NCBI GenBank assembly: GCA_016748015.1
Contig: JAAOMT010000534.1
Span: forward strand, 189,428 to 253,427
Length of the DNA: 64,000 nt
Origin: Geosiphon pyriformis uo1
Taxonomy: Eukaryota > Fungi > Glomeromycota
Direction: 5' to 3'
This document shows, piece after piece, positions 41,244 to 54,972 of this stretch (position 1 is its first letter; each line of letters opens with the position of its first letter). A program made the translations under genes and the position numbers. The notes under the pieces are model-generated. The model was not told the DNA's origin. It searched no databases and saw only the letters and a list, made by a program, of their open reading frames with translations.

Positions 41244-43641
41244 ATGAAAATTCAAACTTTTCCTTTAATCACCGCAATCTCTACGGTAGTAACATTGCTG
41301 GCAAGCACAGATACATTAATTTCCGCCCAAAAATCATGGTGCGGTAAAGCATATATTCCTCGCAAACAAGCTAGAAGCGAAATACCATCAATTAATAAAT
41401 TATTAGCTCGAGACCAACTCTGGAAAAGAGTAACCACTTCCAAAGCGGTTGCCAATGATACAGGTGCCGTCACAGGTGGTAGCACTCCAGCAACAATTGT
41501 CATACCCGCACAGAATGGTAAACCTATACCATCAATCCCAAATTTGGCCCAAGGATATGCTGCTATGGTGAGATTTCAGCCATATTTGGAATCTGATTCA
41601 CAAGGATCTTTGGTGATAAATGTCGGGAATCCATCTGGACAAATTTCTGTACAAGCCGTGTTAGATGATGGAACTGAGGTTTTGGCAAAAACTAAAGTTG
41701 ATATCAAAGATATGGCTGTCGAGGTCCCATTTTCAATTTCAAATATTAAGTCAAAACTTACAGCGTATACGCTTAAAGTTTTGTTCTTCAATGGTGGTAA
41801 CTCTAACCCAACATTTACGGCAAACGCCAAACTTTACCGTCTACCAGCTGGTAAATTTCTTTGTTTTCCCACTGGTTGTAAATAAAATTGTTTCAGTTTC
41901 TAATTATTTTAATCACATGCCTTATCTGATACTCCAGGTCCCAAGACTGTCAAAATCGATCGTCTTTTCGGGGGAATCATCACATCTATTGGTGAACCAA
42001 TCTTCCCAATTGGTCCATATGTTGATTTTGGCTGGTTAGGAGCTGGTATGTTGATATGAAAAGAATCAATTGCATCATTTTACCTCCTCCAATTTCATGC
42101 TAATTGCTGAAGCACTAGTTAAAATGCGTTTTTATTTTCAGGTGACATCGCAGCAAATCTCAAAAAGCTTAAAGATTTGGGATACAACGTGATTAATCCT
42201 GACCCAACTTATACCGATCTATCAGCTGTTGATAAAATGTTTCAAGCTGCTGATGCTCTTGGTGGAATTTATATCCAACTCTCATTCCGTTACTCATTCA
42301 CCGATATCCAAAAAGTTGTCTCTCAAGTCAATCAATTCAAAAAGTACTCGAGCTTGCTCACTTGGTACACTGTATGTATAAATCAGCAATTCAAAAAGCT
42401 TTGCTTTATGGAATATTAAAACTGAATCTGAAAATAATTTTTAGGCTGACGAACCTGATGGTGAACAATTTACCGATAGTTCAGCTGAATTGAATGCTTA
42501 CAACGCCATCAAAGCTGCCGATCCCTACCATCCAGTTGCTCTTGTACTTAATTGTGAATTGACCGCTGCTTTCTATGCTGATACAACGGATATTCTTTCT
42601 ATGGGTATAAAATTTTATTCTGAATTTTTGCGTCAATGTTCTTTCAAAATTCAAATGCCAATTACTTTGCTATGGTCATCGTAGATGTGTATCCAATTGG
42701 TGTTGACATGTCTCATTGCACCACCACTAACGATGTATGTGGCTGTGACAACTGTATTGGAAGTGCAACCCTGGACGTGCCAAAACGTAGTGATCAATTC
42801 ATGAAGGATTTAAGTCTTATCGGTCGTCAAGCTATAAATCAATGGCAGGTATTGCAAGCTTTTGCTGACCCTCCAACCTGGTGGTCAAGAATGCCAACTG
42901 TTCAAGAATTCCGAGTAATGTCTTATATTTCAATAATTTACGGCTTCAAGGTATTATTTCCGTCCCATTTAAAATAATTTTTTAGTATGAAACGAAATTT
43001 TTCACTCATACCTTTTATAATTTTTCATTTAGTCAATCATGTTCTGGAAATATCCATTCACACCTAACGATTCCTTACAAATTGGTATTACACAAATTGC
43101 TAAAGAAGCAAATAGCCTCATTCCCTATATTCTCGGGACTCAGCAACTACCTGCCTCTCATGTCACCGTTTCAGGCAAATCTTTTTATGCTGGTGGATGG
43201 CTTTCGAGAGATGGAAAATCATTTTTAGCTATCGTAGTCAATGGAGATCCAAAATCCGCCTCATCATTTAACGTTAATTTTAAAGACCTTGCAGGTAATT
43301 CATTAACTGGTAATGGAGTCACTGACAGTGGAAAATCATCGGCTAGCTTGAAAGATGGTACCTTGTCAGGTACTTTGAAACCAATGGAGGTTGGAGTATA
43401 TACGCTAGGCTCGGCACCTGGTGACCTTCAAAAAACCTTAAAAACCCCTCTTAGTCTTACAAGCAATGACGGCTCATCTTCATCTTCATCTTCGTCGTTA
43501 TCTTCATCTTCATCGTCTGATGGAGGTAGCAGTTCTAATGATCATGGCACAAGTCCTTCGTCAGCCTCAATAATTGATAAAAAACCTAGCTTCTTGTTCA
43601 GTGCTACATTGGTAGCAATTGGTTTTTTCTCTTTATTCTAA
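41244..43641 (+). CDS. Secreted, probably GPI-anchored glycoside-hydrolase-like (TIM-barrel) protein
   Basis: Signal peptide; WCGKAY; WYTADEPDG; YNAIKAADPYHPVALVLNC; DVYPIG; CGCDNC; Ser-rich tail and hydrophobic C-terminus. In-phase GT..AG introns. Confidence 0.8.
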
Positions 43642-45439
43642 AGTAAATTATTTTATAATATGTATTTTTTAAATATAGAGGTAGATGTTAATTTATTTTT
43701 TCATACCTACTTCCCCTGAAACAAGTTTATTTAATTACCTAGACAATCTTATAATTGTCGAAATTTCTGGCTGACTTTTTTGTCGCCAAGTTCTTTGATT
43801 TTTAAAGCAGTGTGACTCGAGAATTTTTGTCACAATCTTTAAAAGAAAGTAAATATTTAAAAGTTGCGAAATATAAAACTTTTGGCATGGATACTTTTTT
43901 CATCATAATGTTAATACTTTGCTATGTTACTGATGTTTTCATGATTTTTGCTTGCTTAAATAATTGCTGCAATTAATTAGGACCTTTTATTTAATCATAC
44001 ACATATAAAAAGCTCTGTTTGTTGATGAATTTCCATAATTGTTAAAATTGTATTTAAAATTAATATATATTTTTAAAAAGGTTGTCTATTTATTTTATTC
44101 AAATATTTTCAATAATTAATGAATGTGTGCTAAACATTCAAAAAATAGTTTTTGTTAAGCAATAAAGATTAAAAATATTTTTTTATTGCAATACATTTGA
44201 GTGGTTTATTGTTAAAACTTAACATCAAAAATTTTTTGAAATATTAATTGATTAAATAATTTTTAAATTCAATCTAAATTTAAAAAAAATGGAATTTAAT
44301 CTTGATCAAAAATTTTGCAATATATTCTTTTATTTTTTTTCAGAGATATTTTTTCAATATTACTAAAATTTAAATTTTGGGACTTGAAAATTGTATTTAA
44401 ATTAAACTTTATAATTTTATTATACTAAGGGATTCAATTTATAGAGTGTGGTAAATCTACCCAAGTTATGACCAATAGATTGAAATTCTCATACATTGGG
44501 AACCTATATATAATAATCCGTGGGTAGCCGGATTTGGTATCTGATAAATTTTTTCTTTGAGGTAAAACTTTTTGAGTCTGTGTTTCAGATTCGAAACTAA
44601 CTTTTAAAAGCTTTCATTAAAATAAAAATTTAAATCTATTTTATGTATTAACATAGATCATTAAAAATGGCCAAACAAATCAAATTTTTCTCCGCTCCAT
44701 TTCAAAAGTAAATATTTGATTCTCCTTGAGAAAATCTACAATTTTAACAAAAAGCCTTAAAATAATGGTCATTTGAGTATTTCTCATTTTTGAATACAAT
44801 TAATAATTAAAAGTGAGCAAGTATGAATTTTTTGGGACATTACAATTAGTTAAGCTAGCTATTTATTTATACTCAATGAAAATTATTTCTATATTTTTGT
44901 TTCCGTAAAAGTTTTATCAATGGCTTAAAATGATCTCAACCTAAACAGAAAGACCGTTGCAAGCGATTGAGTATGAAATTTTTTCTCCTTACATTGTCTC
45001 GTCCTTAAAACTCCCGTTTCCTTCTTAAAACTTTCGCTTTAAAAAATCTGTTTTCGAAGCGCTTTAACATCTGTTGCATTATTCTTGGCAGGTATTCCCT
45101 CTTTATTAACTGCAAAAGAATATAAAATATCTTTGTGTCATAAGCAAAACTTACTGACTTCTGCATGTTGAGATAATGAGAGACATGCCTTTGAATTTTT
45201 TTAGGACAAAACCTGGAAACTGCAATGCTAATGATTTTATCATTATCATTATCATTATCACCACCTTTTTTTCCTTTTGATTTTATCAAATTCATATTAT
45301 GATTTCTCAAAAAATAAATTTAATAAATAAATAGTTATTTTAAAATAAGTTAAGAAAGCCAATTTGGCATAATTACTAACAGTATGAATATATTCCAATT
45401 CTTTTTAAAAGTTTTTGCTTTAACAATGAATTGACTGTA

Positions 45440-46212
45440 TTAGATTGGTTTGTAAAATTATCAAACTGTTTTTTTTAGAGTGATTTTTTGACTCAAATTA
45501 AACATACAAAAGAATGAGGATTTATGGAAAAGATACCATATGAAATGCTTAATTATGCTATTTTCAGTGCTATAAATGCCAAAAATGAATTTATTGCAAA
45601 AAATTTAAAGAGAAAAAGTTAAGGTTTTGACAACATATTTCTTTTTGATTTTAAAAAAGATGGCTTTGTTTTTGTTTAAAGCTAGCATATAATAAAGTTT
45701 TTCTTGTTAGTAATCCAAATCATTTATGTTATGAAGGTTTAGCAAAACCACAATTTTGAAGATACAATCACTGTTGGCCGAATAATATTGAAAAGTTACA
45801 ATGGAGTTGAAATTAATGTACAAGAACAAATTAAAACATTGAAAAACTACCTGTAAAAATCAAATGGAAGAAATCCATGTTGCAGCCATAATCCTGTTGT
45901 CTGAACTTTTCTCACATGATATTCACCCATATTAACCTTATTGTATACCTTTGTCTTTCTTTGGATACACTTATTTCATCTACCACTAGAACACCAGCAA
46001 AAGAAGTGCAGCTTTGTCAAACAAGCCCAAGCTCGCTTAAGAAAATGCATCCAAAATTTAGTCGATGAAATACACAAAAAAACTCCATTACGGTTGCCTC
46101 GTACCTTTGATATGATAATAATAGGCGCCCGGGGAATTTTTCTTAGGACATTGCTTGATGGAGCCTTAGTCATATAATATAGTTATTCCAATTGGTTGAT
46201 TATAGTTGATCG
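45440..46212 (+). mobile_element. Internally deleted Fanzor2/IS607-type TnpB relic
   Basis: LWKKIPYEMLNYAI; RuvC-I relic VAAI(D)PVV*TFLT*YSP; LCLSLDTLIS; bridge-helix region QAQARLRKCIQNLVDEIHKK...RTFDMIII joined directly to the RuvC-III tail GARGIFLR..L. Stops and frameshifts present; element boundaries are approximate. Confidence 0.8.
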
Positions 46213-46356
46213 ATTCAATCCACCCCGAATGCCATCTATTTCGATAAAAAGAATAATTTTTCCCGATTCTGATTGTTTTTATGGAAAATCTGAAATGTAA
46301 TAAAAACTTGCCCTACAGAGTGGCTGATGAATATCTTTTACTGATACCTATTAGAA

Positions 46357-49313
46357 ATGGCTCAACGATCCTTTCAAATATTTCAAGTATTTGGGGCCAA
46401 TACTAATATTGGAAAAACTATATTTTCGGCCGGATTACTTCGTGCATCCCTATATGATTCTTCGCAAAATGTGAAAAGAAATGCCATGAAATTATTTTAT
46501 CTAAAGCCAGTACAAACAGGATATCCAATGGATAGTGACGCGAAATTTGTTGAAGAAATTGTTAAACAAGTTAAAGGAGACTTAAACGCTGTAACTCTAT
46601 ATGCCTACAAAGATCCAGTTAGCCCTCATATGGCAACAACCCAGGTCTGACCTTTGTATTTGAGTTCAATCTAAATCTTGAAAATATTAAGTCAATTTTT
46701 TTGGATGACAGCCACCAAGCGATCGCGAAGTATTATTGAAAACCAAGAAATATATCTCGGAGTGCTGTCAAAAAATAGGAATGGACCAAGGCAAACTTTT
46801 TTTAGAAACTGCTGGTGGTATAAAACAATTTCAAATAGCAATTTTTTAGAAAATTTGGTCTTTTCCCAATTTTGTATTTTACGTCAATTTTTTTCTTCGT
46901 CAGGGGTGAACAGTCCTATGATGTCAGGTATTTTGACTTTGATTATCTCCTGTAAAATGTGAGATCAAAAATAGGATCGAAGAAACTTGTAATTTATAGG
47001 CACAGTTCAATGCGATTTTTATCGGCCTTTACGGCTACCGATAATTTTAATTGGTGACAGTAAACTAGGAGGAATTTCCGCAACCATATCAGCCTATGAA
47101 ACGCTCCATTTGCGTGGCTATGATGTCGCATCCATACTCTTGTTTAAGGAGCCTCAATACAACAATTTTAGCTTTCTTCAAAATTATTTCCAAGAAAAAT
47201 TTGGGATTAATGGACCAATTTTAGAGGCTATTCCACCGCCACCCTTACCTGCACCATCTACAGAAGAAGACTTAAAACAACTAAACGCATTTTTCGTGGA
47301 TACGAAATCACATTTCTCCCACATGATTTCCCGATTAAATGATTGGCATAACTCCAGGTTCGATCGACTTGAGCAAATGGAAAATTTGACCAGAAAACAC
47401 ATTTGGTGGCCTTTTACTCAACATCAAAGGGTGAAACAGATCACAGTAATTGATTCAGCTTATGGTGATTTTATGACAGCTTATGAACGGGTTCAGGATG
47501 AAAAAACTAAAAATTTGGGAACGGAAACATTCATAAGTCAAGAACCGAAAGGCGAAACCGATAGCAGTGGTCAAGGAAAAATGAAGGAAATGTTTGATGC
47601 ATCTGCTAGCTGGTGGACTCAAGGTAAGACTTCCAGATGTGGGATAAACTTTTATATAGCCTTTTGATCACTCAGTGACCCTTGCATTTCCACTGCTCAG
47701 GCTTAGGTCATGGCGTATCGAAACTTTCACTGGAAGCATCATATGCCGCTGGTCGTTATGGGCATGTGATTTACCCAGAATGCACACATGAACCAGCGCT
47801 ACAACTTGCCGAAAACTTGCTAAAAACCGTAGGAAAAAATTGGGCTTCTAGGGTCTTTTACTCTGACAATGGTAGCACTGCTATCGAAGTTGGGTTAAAA
47901 ATGGCATTAAAGTCTAAATCAATAGATCATAAATTCAAAGAAAAAAGACACGAAATTAAAGTCTTGGGAATAAGCGGTAGTTATCATGGGGACACCATTG
48001 GTGCTATGAATGCTTGTGAACCAAATAATTTTAACAAAGATGTATATTGGTAAGTATTAATTGTTGTATGACGCTTCAATTTACCAAATTCAATTTAGTT
48101 TCTTAATCCTCAAGGTACACCCCAAAAGGTTATTGGTTTTGCCCACCAACCATTCTCCTCAAGAATAGTGCTTACCATCTATCCGTTCCTCATGCCTATG
48201 GATTTGATGAAAAAGTTTCATTTCCTACATTAGGATCGATATTTAGTGATGAAAGAGAAAGAAACTCTAAACTCGCGGAAGTTTATCGATTTCACATTTC
48301 TAATACACTGAAATATCTCAATGATAAACAAAATCAATTTGGTGCACTTATAATCGAACCTGTTATAATGGGTGCTGCTGGAATGATATTCGTAGACCCT
48401 TTATTTCAAAGGCTTTTAATCGACCACGTACGCGAATGGGATCCCCCTTTACCAGTGATCTTTGATGAAGTTTTTACTGGTTTTTGGCGATTCGGGGTTC
48501 TAAGTGCTGCAGAATTGCTAGAAAGGGTGAGTATTTCCTTTCCTTTTGTTAAGTTTCTTACATATACTTACTGCATCATATCCATCTTTAAGACACCAGA
48601 TATTGCAGCCTATGCCAAGCTATTAACTGGTGGACTATTACCATTGGCCGTCACACTTACCACCGAATCAATATTTGAAAAATTCTCAAGCCCGGAAAAA
48701 ACAGATGCGTTACTCCATGGACATTCTTATACTGCTCATCCAATAGGTTGCTGGGTTGCAAATACATCCATTAATGAATACGAAAAAATGAATGAACTAA
48801 TTAAATGTAGTCCATTCAACAATGGGAGCGTATGGGACAAAAAGGTAAGAAAATTTTCTTTGAATTCTAGCTTTGTTTTTTTTTTAAAATATTCTCCTCC
48901 TGGTTACATATTTTAATTCTTGTATACTTTGAAGACTGTAGAATGTATTTCGAACTTGCCAATTGTCAAGGGAGTTATCTCCTTGGGCGTCTTATTGGCC
49001 ATAACATTAGAAGATTTGAACTCCCAAGGTATTTTTCAGATTTTTCTCTTTGCTATTAAGTTCTTAAAAATTTCAATGAGTTCTTTTCTCAGGCTACGCT
49101 TCGAATGAAGCGCAAAAAATTGTGCAAAAGCTTCGGTCACTTGGCTCTTCTACAGCATCGAGAGATAGTCCATCAAATTTTGGAATATTGGCGCGTCCTC
49201 TTGGAAATGTCGTTTATGTGATAGCATCGCAAATTAGCACACGTGAAAGCCTTGATCGAATTGAAAAATTGCTTATAGAATGCTTCGAAAATGAATCTTT
49301 AAAAAGATCATGA
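46357..49313 (+). CDS. bioDA: Bifunctional dethiobiotin synthetase / 7,8-diaminopelargonate aminotransferase (BIO3-BIO1)
   Basis: FGANTNIGKT, YLKPVQTG, PVSPH, ETAGGVNSP, GDSKLGGIS (BioD); IWWPFTQH, DASASWWTQGLGH, SDNGSTAIEVGLKMA, SYHGDT, DEVFTG, YAKLLTGG, LLHGHSYTAHP, RPLGNV (BioA). Multiple GT..AG introns. Confidence 0.96.
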
Positions 49314-50082
49314 TTTCGCTTTGCAAAGAAATAATAGGTTCAAGACTTATGCAATTGAATAGGGCAATCTTCACTTATGAAAATTTGTATTAACTACAAG
49401 TTATATAGCGGTTAATAAAGCTGAATTTATTATTGAGTTCCTGGAAAGATATTAAAAAAACTCGATTTCCTTAAGGGAATATAATGTCTCTTTAAAGAAA
49501 CGGCACAAAACCTCCTATACTAACATATAGGATAAGTTTCTCGTACACCATCGGAATAGACCCAAATGGAATCTTAAGAAAGTATAACTTTTATTTAAAC
49601 GAGTTCAAGTTGACTAGCTAACTTTGCACAGATTCAATTTGTAATATTTTGGCTCAAGTGTACAAGGTTCTTAAAATTTGGCGAAATATCTAATTAAAAT
49701 AAGGTTTCAAAGCATTGTTACAGCCTGTGATGGGGCTCAAACACCGAAAAATTGTCTGGTATTTCACTATTATCTAAATTTCCAAGAAAAATTCCTTATT
49801 TAAATGATAAATTTCATGCAGTATCCCAGAAAAAAGCCTTTTATTCGAGCTTCAATCATTGTAACTCCATTAATATTGTATAGAATGTTCATTCATGGAC
49901 ATAATTTGATTTAATTCAAAGAATTACAAAATAGTCTACTTAAAATGAATGCTGTAATTAGTAGATTCAAAACTTGACGGTTGAAATTGAAATCCATCAT
50001 TGGCCATTGTCTGAAATCCTACATAAACGAAATTTCCCCACATTTATGTTCGAAATTTTGTTCATCACTCGAATGGTTTCAA

Positions 50083-50862
50083 TCACCCCTTTAGCCTCGC
50101 AAATATAGTTCGTAGATTCATCGACGGCCAAAAATGAGCCTTTCGAAACATTTTTATAGCCTCATGAATATCTCTATTTGTCGCAATTCCCTCATAATAA
50201 CAATTTCCCAACATCCAAGTACGATGAGAATGTGCTTTACAATTCCTGAAGCACAGAAACCCCTTATAGAGGTTTTGCCTCATTCCATCCCCCAAGTAAT
50301 ACATCCTGCCCAGATCATAATTAGCCTCTATATAGCCAGCTTCGATAGATTTTTTGTACAATTGAAAAGCACGTTTGTAATTTCTCTCTATCCAAATTCC
50401 TTGTTCATAACACCAGCCCAGAAATTTCAAACCAACTGGACATCCAGCCGATGCTGCCTTCCTATACCATTGAAAAGCCTGAAAATAATCTTGATCAACA
50501 CCATGTGCATTTTCGAAACACCAGCCCACAATAATTTCGGCGAGTTTTTCACCCGCATGAGCAGCTTCATTAAAATATATGAATGCTCTGGTGAGATCTT
50601 TAGAGGTCCCAATACCATGAGTAGTCAAAAGACCGAGAAAACTGTATCGGTTTGTTATGGATTCAGTTTCTTCGATAATTTTAAATACTTGTGTGGGATC
50701 ACATTTATTTTTTTGAATCCATTGATTTATTCGGCGGACGATTTTATCTTCGAACTCAAAGTTTTCTAAACCTCCTGTGTGGATAGCGACGAGATCAGTG
50801 AGGTCGATCACGCCTTGATTCGTTTGACACTCTATTATTTCTTGCACACCGTTATAGTTCAT
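50083..50862 (-). CDS. Sel1-like repeat protein
   Basis: Repeated LG.CYE.G.G...DY..AF.WY.KAA motifs in a single 259-aa ORF. Confidence 0.9.
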   Translation of the reverse strand: MNYNGVQEIIECQTNQGVIDLTDLVAIHTGGLENFEFEDKIVRRINQWIQKNKCDPTQVFKIIEETESITNRYSFLGLLTTHGIGTSKDLTRAFIYFNEAAHAGEKLAEIIVGWCFENAHGVDQDYFQAFQWYRKAASAGCPVGLKFLGWCYEQGIWIERNYKRAFQLYKKSIEAGYIEANYDLGRMYYLGDGMRQNLYKGFLCFRNCKAHSHRTWMLGNCYYEGIATNRDIHEAIKMFRKAHFWPSMNLRTIFARLKG

Positions 50863-51263
50863 TTGTGGACTGAAAAGAGCAGCTAGCTATACTTTTTCTC
50901 ATGGTCTCATTTTACAATAAAAATTCAGCCTATGATATTTAAATTCAGAGTCTGTAAATTACTCACGTGAATTTGAGAACAATCCTTATGAGACAAAGTG
51001 AAATATGACGCAGACAGTGAACTTGTGACGTCACTAGTAGTATGTCTTCGGAGACACAAATAAATTGCTAGTATGTGAACTGCTTGAATTTTTACAAGAC
51101 TGACCTCATATGTGTGCACAGCACTATTTAGCTGCCAGTACTCAGTACTTCATGTCAACTCGAGCGAATGACTGGGTCTTACACTGGATATCTGGAAGAC
51201 ATGCAGGCGTATTTTTAGCAATAATGATACTAAAAGTCTAAATGGAAACGGTTCTTGCGTGAA

Positions 51264-52331
51264 TTAAGAAAAGTTGGACAAGATAGCCAAAAAAGTGATG
51301 CTGTTGCCGCCCTCATCAACGAGGTCTTTATTGTTTTGGTCATCAACAACGAAATCTGAAAGGTCTCTTGGAGTCAGGTGATCTAGGTGCGAATATATAG
51401 CAAGCTCTGTTGACCGTTGTTATGTCTTACGAAAAAAATGTTGCAAGTGACACAGGTATAACACGTTTTGACACTTACCTATTATGATTGTGTTTCACGA
51501 AATTCTATACCACAAACAGTCAGATGTCGTCACGAAAATGACAGAGCAAGGAAGTTCTAAACTACTTTGAAATTATTGAAAGGTGACTGTCTATATTATA
51601 ATTATCAAATTTCATCTTCTAGACCTGTGTCATTTAATACCTTTTACCCCGAATATGCATGCAGACTGACTTTCGTCGATCATTGATCTGTCCTCTGAAT
51701 TTCCGAGTGGTATGCACGAACGGTTGGCAAGCACTGGCCCGAAGCTCAAAGCCAAAGCGTTTGGACACTTGAACATGACGACAAGGCAATTTGAAGATCC
51801 TGTGTAAAGTGATATCAAAAAAAATCGTATGTATGTGGATGATATGTTGAACTGCATGAATTACACTGAATCAGATCTGCGCATAGAAGATTCGTGCTGG
51901 AGAAATTGACGGATCAATTAATGGGAATATTATATCAAGTTAATTTTTGTGTACGTATCCGCATACTTATCTTTTACTAGTTTGGATATTTTCCTTTCGG
52001 ACCCTCACGTTTTTGTGGACAAAAGGACAAAAAACAAAATATTGAGATAGACTTTGTAATCAAAATTATCGTCCATGTTTAGATTTCCCAAACCAATTCT
52101 GTGACTTATCTCCTCTGCAACAAACGTTGGAGGTACTATATTTCTTGAAAGTAAGTAACACGAAACTATCGATGTTCTTGTATTATATACATATTCGCTG
52201 ATGGCGGATACTAACGATAATTCTGTCTCTTTAGATGACAGGACATGTCGTTCGCAAAGCAAGGGTTGTCTCGGCGTAGGGAGACTTCGAATCCTATCCA
52301 CGAAATTTTCCACAGCAAAAAGCCGCATCAT
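51264..52331 (-). pseudogene. Degenerate or multi-exon gene with RhoGAP-like C-terminal motif
   Basis: CPNALALSFGPVL resembles the RhoGAP NLAxxFGPxL motif. Several coding-like segments and splice signals, but I could not build a stop-free model. Confidence 0.3.
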
Positions 52332-54972
52332 TGCAAAATTGATTTATGAGAGCAACTTATTTTACACCACAGAAAATGTCAGTCATCAATGAGATAAACA
52401 AATTTAAACCTCTTGAGCCTATCGTGTAGATCCGAGAAATTATTGCGTTTATATAATCGGTTCTAAATAAACAAAAACCAGCCCCAAAGTTGTCCCTACC
52501 ATTAGTGGTTACTTTGCCTTTGCACAAATTTTTGCCATAAAGGCACGCACATTAATATTGGAGGTTTACAGCCAATATATCATCATGTATCTATATATAA
52601 AATTATATAAAGCTCATTTACATTAAATCCAAAAATTACACCCATTAGAAGCATTTTGAAGAACAGAGAAAATCGATTTTTGTGTTTTCAAAATATTTGA
52701 CATCAAAGCTATTAAAAAATATTTAAATAAGGAGAAAATAGTTTACAAAAGTTGACAAGAAAAAAGTAAAAATAAATATCGCATAAATTATTGTTTAATT
52801 AATTTTGGGTTTATTTTTATATAAAAATATTTTTTATTAGATTATGTAAAATATATTAATTAAAAAAAATTAAGTTCTTTATTATTGACTGATTACAATT
52901 TTTTTTTAAAAGCTTGTAAGAAATTATTAAATTTTTTAATTAAAATACAATAAGCAATAATTATTATTAAAAAAAAAACTTTACTGTTAAAATTACAATA
53001 TATTTCTATTAAAAATTACTTATATGTATTTTGAAAACATTAAAACTAGTTTATTATGACTTTATAATAAATTCATAATATATAAAAAATAGTTAAATAA
53101 AAAATAAATTGGTTTGTCTTTGTTTTAAAAAAAAAAAAATTTTTCACAAAGCATAAAATTAGCTTATTTCTGTAAATTTATGTAATATTTATAATTTAGA
53201 GTTTATAAAAAATTATAAATTATAAAACACTTAACAAAACCCAAATTAAAATGAAATTATCATAAAAATTTCAATGATATTTGAAGTCCAAAAACTTGTT
53301 GAAATTACTTGAAATTAATAAATTCAAAACTTTAAAGATCATTAAAAAAAAATCACAATTTAAACCGATTTTCAAAATTCACAACAGGAAAAGTTTTAAT
53401 TGTAAAAAATATTTACTCTGTAACGCTATAATAGTAAAAAATAAAAATCTATAATAGTAGTAAAAAATTTTTATAAGAATAATTATCTATTTTAAAAAAT
53501 AAGTTCAAAAATATTATTTAATTTAAATCATCCCAAATATTGTTAAAGCTATTTAAAAATATCATATTAAAAATAAACATAATATGTTAAACAAAATTAT
53601 TGACTGCTGTAATTAAGATAAATTATTTAAATGAATAAACAAATAAAATTTAAAAACTATTTTTTTGTGTTGTTTATTGAACTTAATTCTAAATAATATC
53701 TTATTATTATAATTATATATTAAACCAATAATAATTAAATATTGGTTTTTGAATTTGTAACTTAAGTGATCAAGATTAAATTAAATTAAATTAAATGACA
53801 ATTATTTGTTTGTTAATATATTAATACAAATTAATGAAATATTTAATTTTTTATAAAATGATATAATTTATTAATAAAAAAATAAAATAAAAAATAAAAA
53901 TCTGTTTTTTGCATTCGTTCGTATCGATATAGGTCTTGTTTTTCAAGAAACTCAGTCCAAGAGAGTTCATTGTTGGTGTTATCTAAAAAATATTTGAGCT
54001 CTTCTTTTTATCTCAGCAGTTTTTTTATAGAAACAGAGAGAAAGTGAGACAAGAGAATAATTTTATTTAAATTATATAATTTAATAATAATAATAATAAC
54101 ACTTTTTTATAAAAGCATTTAGAAATACATATTTAAGAAGAAATTCGACAATTCCAAAACCTAAAGAATTCGAAATTTTTTTAACCAGCAGCTTTTGGTG
54201 TTAATAGTTCTTTAAAACTATTTAAAATCTAATTTTATAACTGGACGATTATTAAGTAAAAAAAAATATTAAATCAATATTTACAGATATGAAAAAAGGA
54301 ATTTTTATCACAAAAAACATTATTAAAGAAAAAAGATTAAATACTGATTAATTTAGCTAAAAATAATTAAAAAGAAAATTTTGCAAAATTGATATTAATA
54401 ATTCTAATCAATTAACTAATTCTATATCATAATTTTAAATATTACTAAAGACGCAATAATATAAACAATGACTGGTAAATATGTTTTTTAACATGCTATT
54501 ATTATATGGTATATAATAATATAAAGAATACAAAATTGACAGCTAACTCCTAAAGTTCTTTATTCTTTTGATTTATAGGACTTTGAGACCAAAAGTTTCA
54601 TCTTGAGTCTGCCCAAAAATAACTAAAATTTAGCTCAAGTGTTATACTTGAGCAAAAAAACTGAGAATTTGGCCGTTTAAATATTTCATGCTTTTCAAAT
54701 ATAGGCCTTAATCTTCAAAGGCAAATGAAAATACTCTCTATAAATGCATGGACATGACAATTGTATAATAATGACCAATCAGAAGTTTCTGATCGTTTGT
54801 TAGGGAGCATTAGATCTAGTTTAAATTGCCTTGGCTTGGTGGCTAGTCATGTGTAAAAAGTGTATGGTTTGCATTTACTGTGAAACAATATCTCTCTAAA
54901 TGCATGGGCCCACTTATAGAGGTACCACTGTATGTGGAAAAAAAATCTCACAGTAAGATATCTATTTTACCA

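Noticed and set aside
45005-45310. 101-aa minus-strand ORF beside the Fanzor relic as a possible IS607 recombinase
   Set aside because: Wrong strand relative to TnpB, no serine-recombinase motif, and partly a (TCA)n microsatellite
50134-50769. 211-aa plus-strand ORF
   Set aside because: Antisense shadow of the Sel1 gene; the same applies to 7570-7949(+), 28701-29295(-), 34412-34681(+), 41252-41830(-), 47184-47402(-) and 56080-56271(-)
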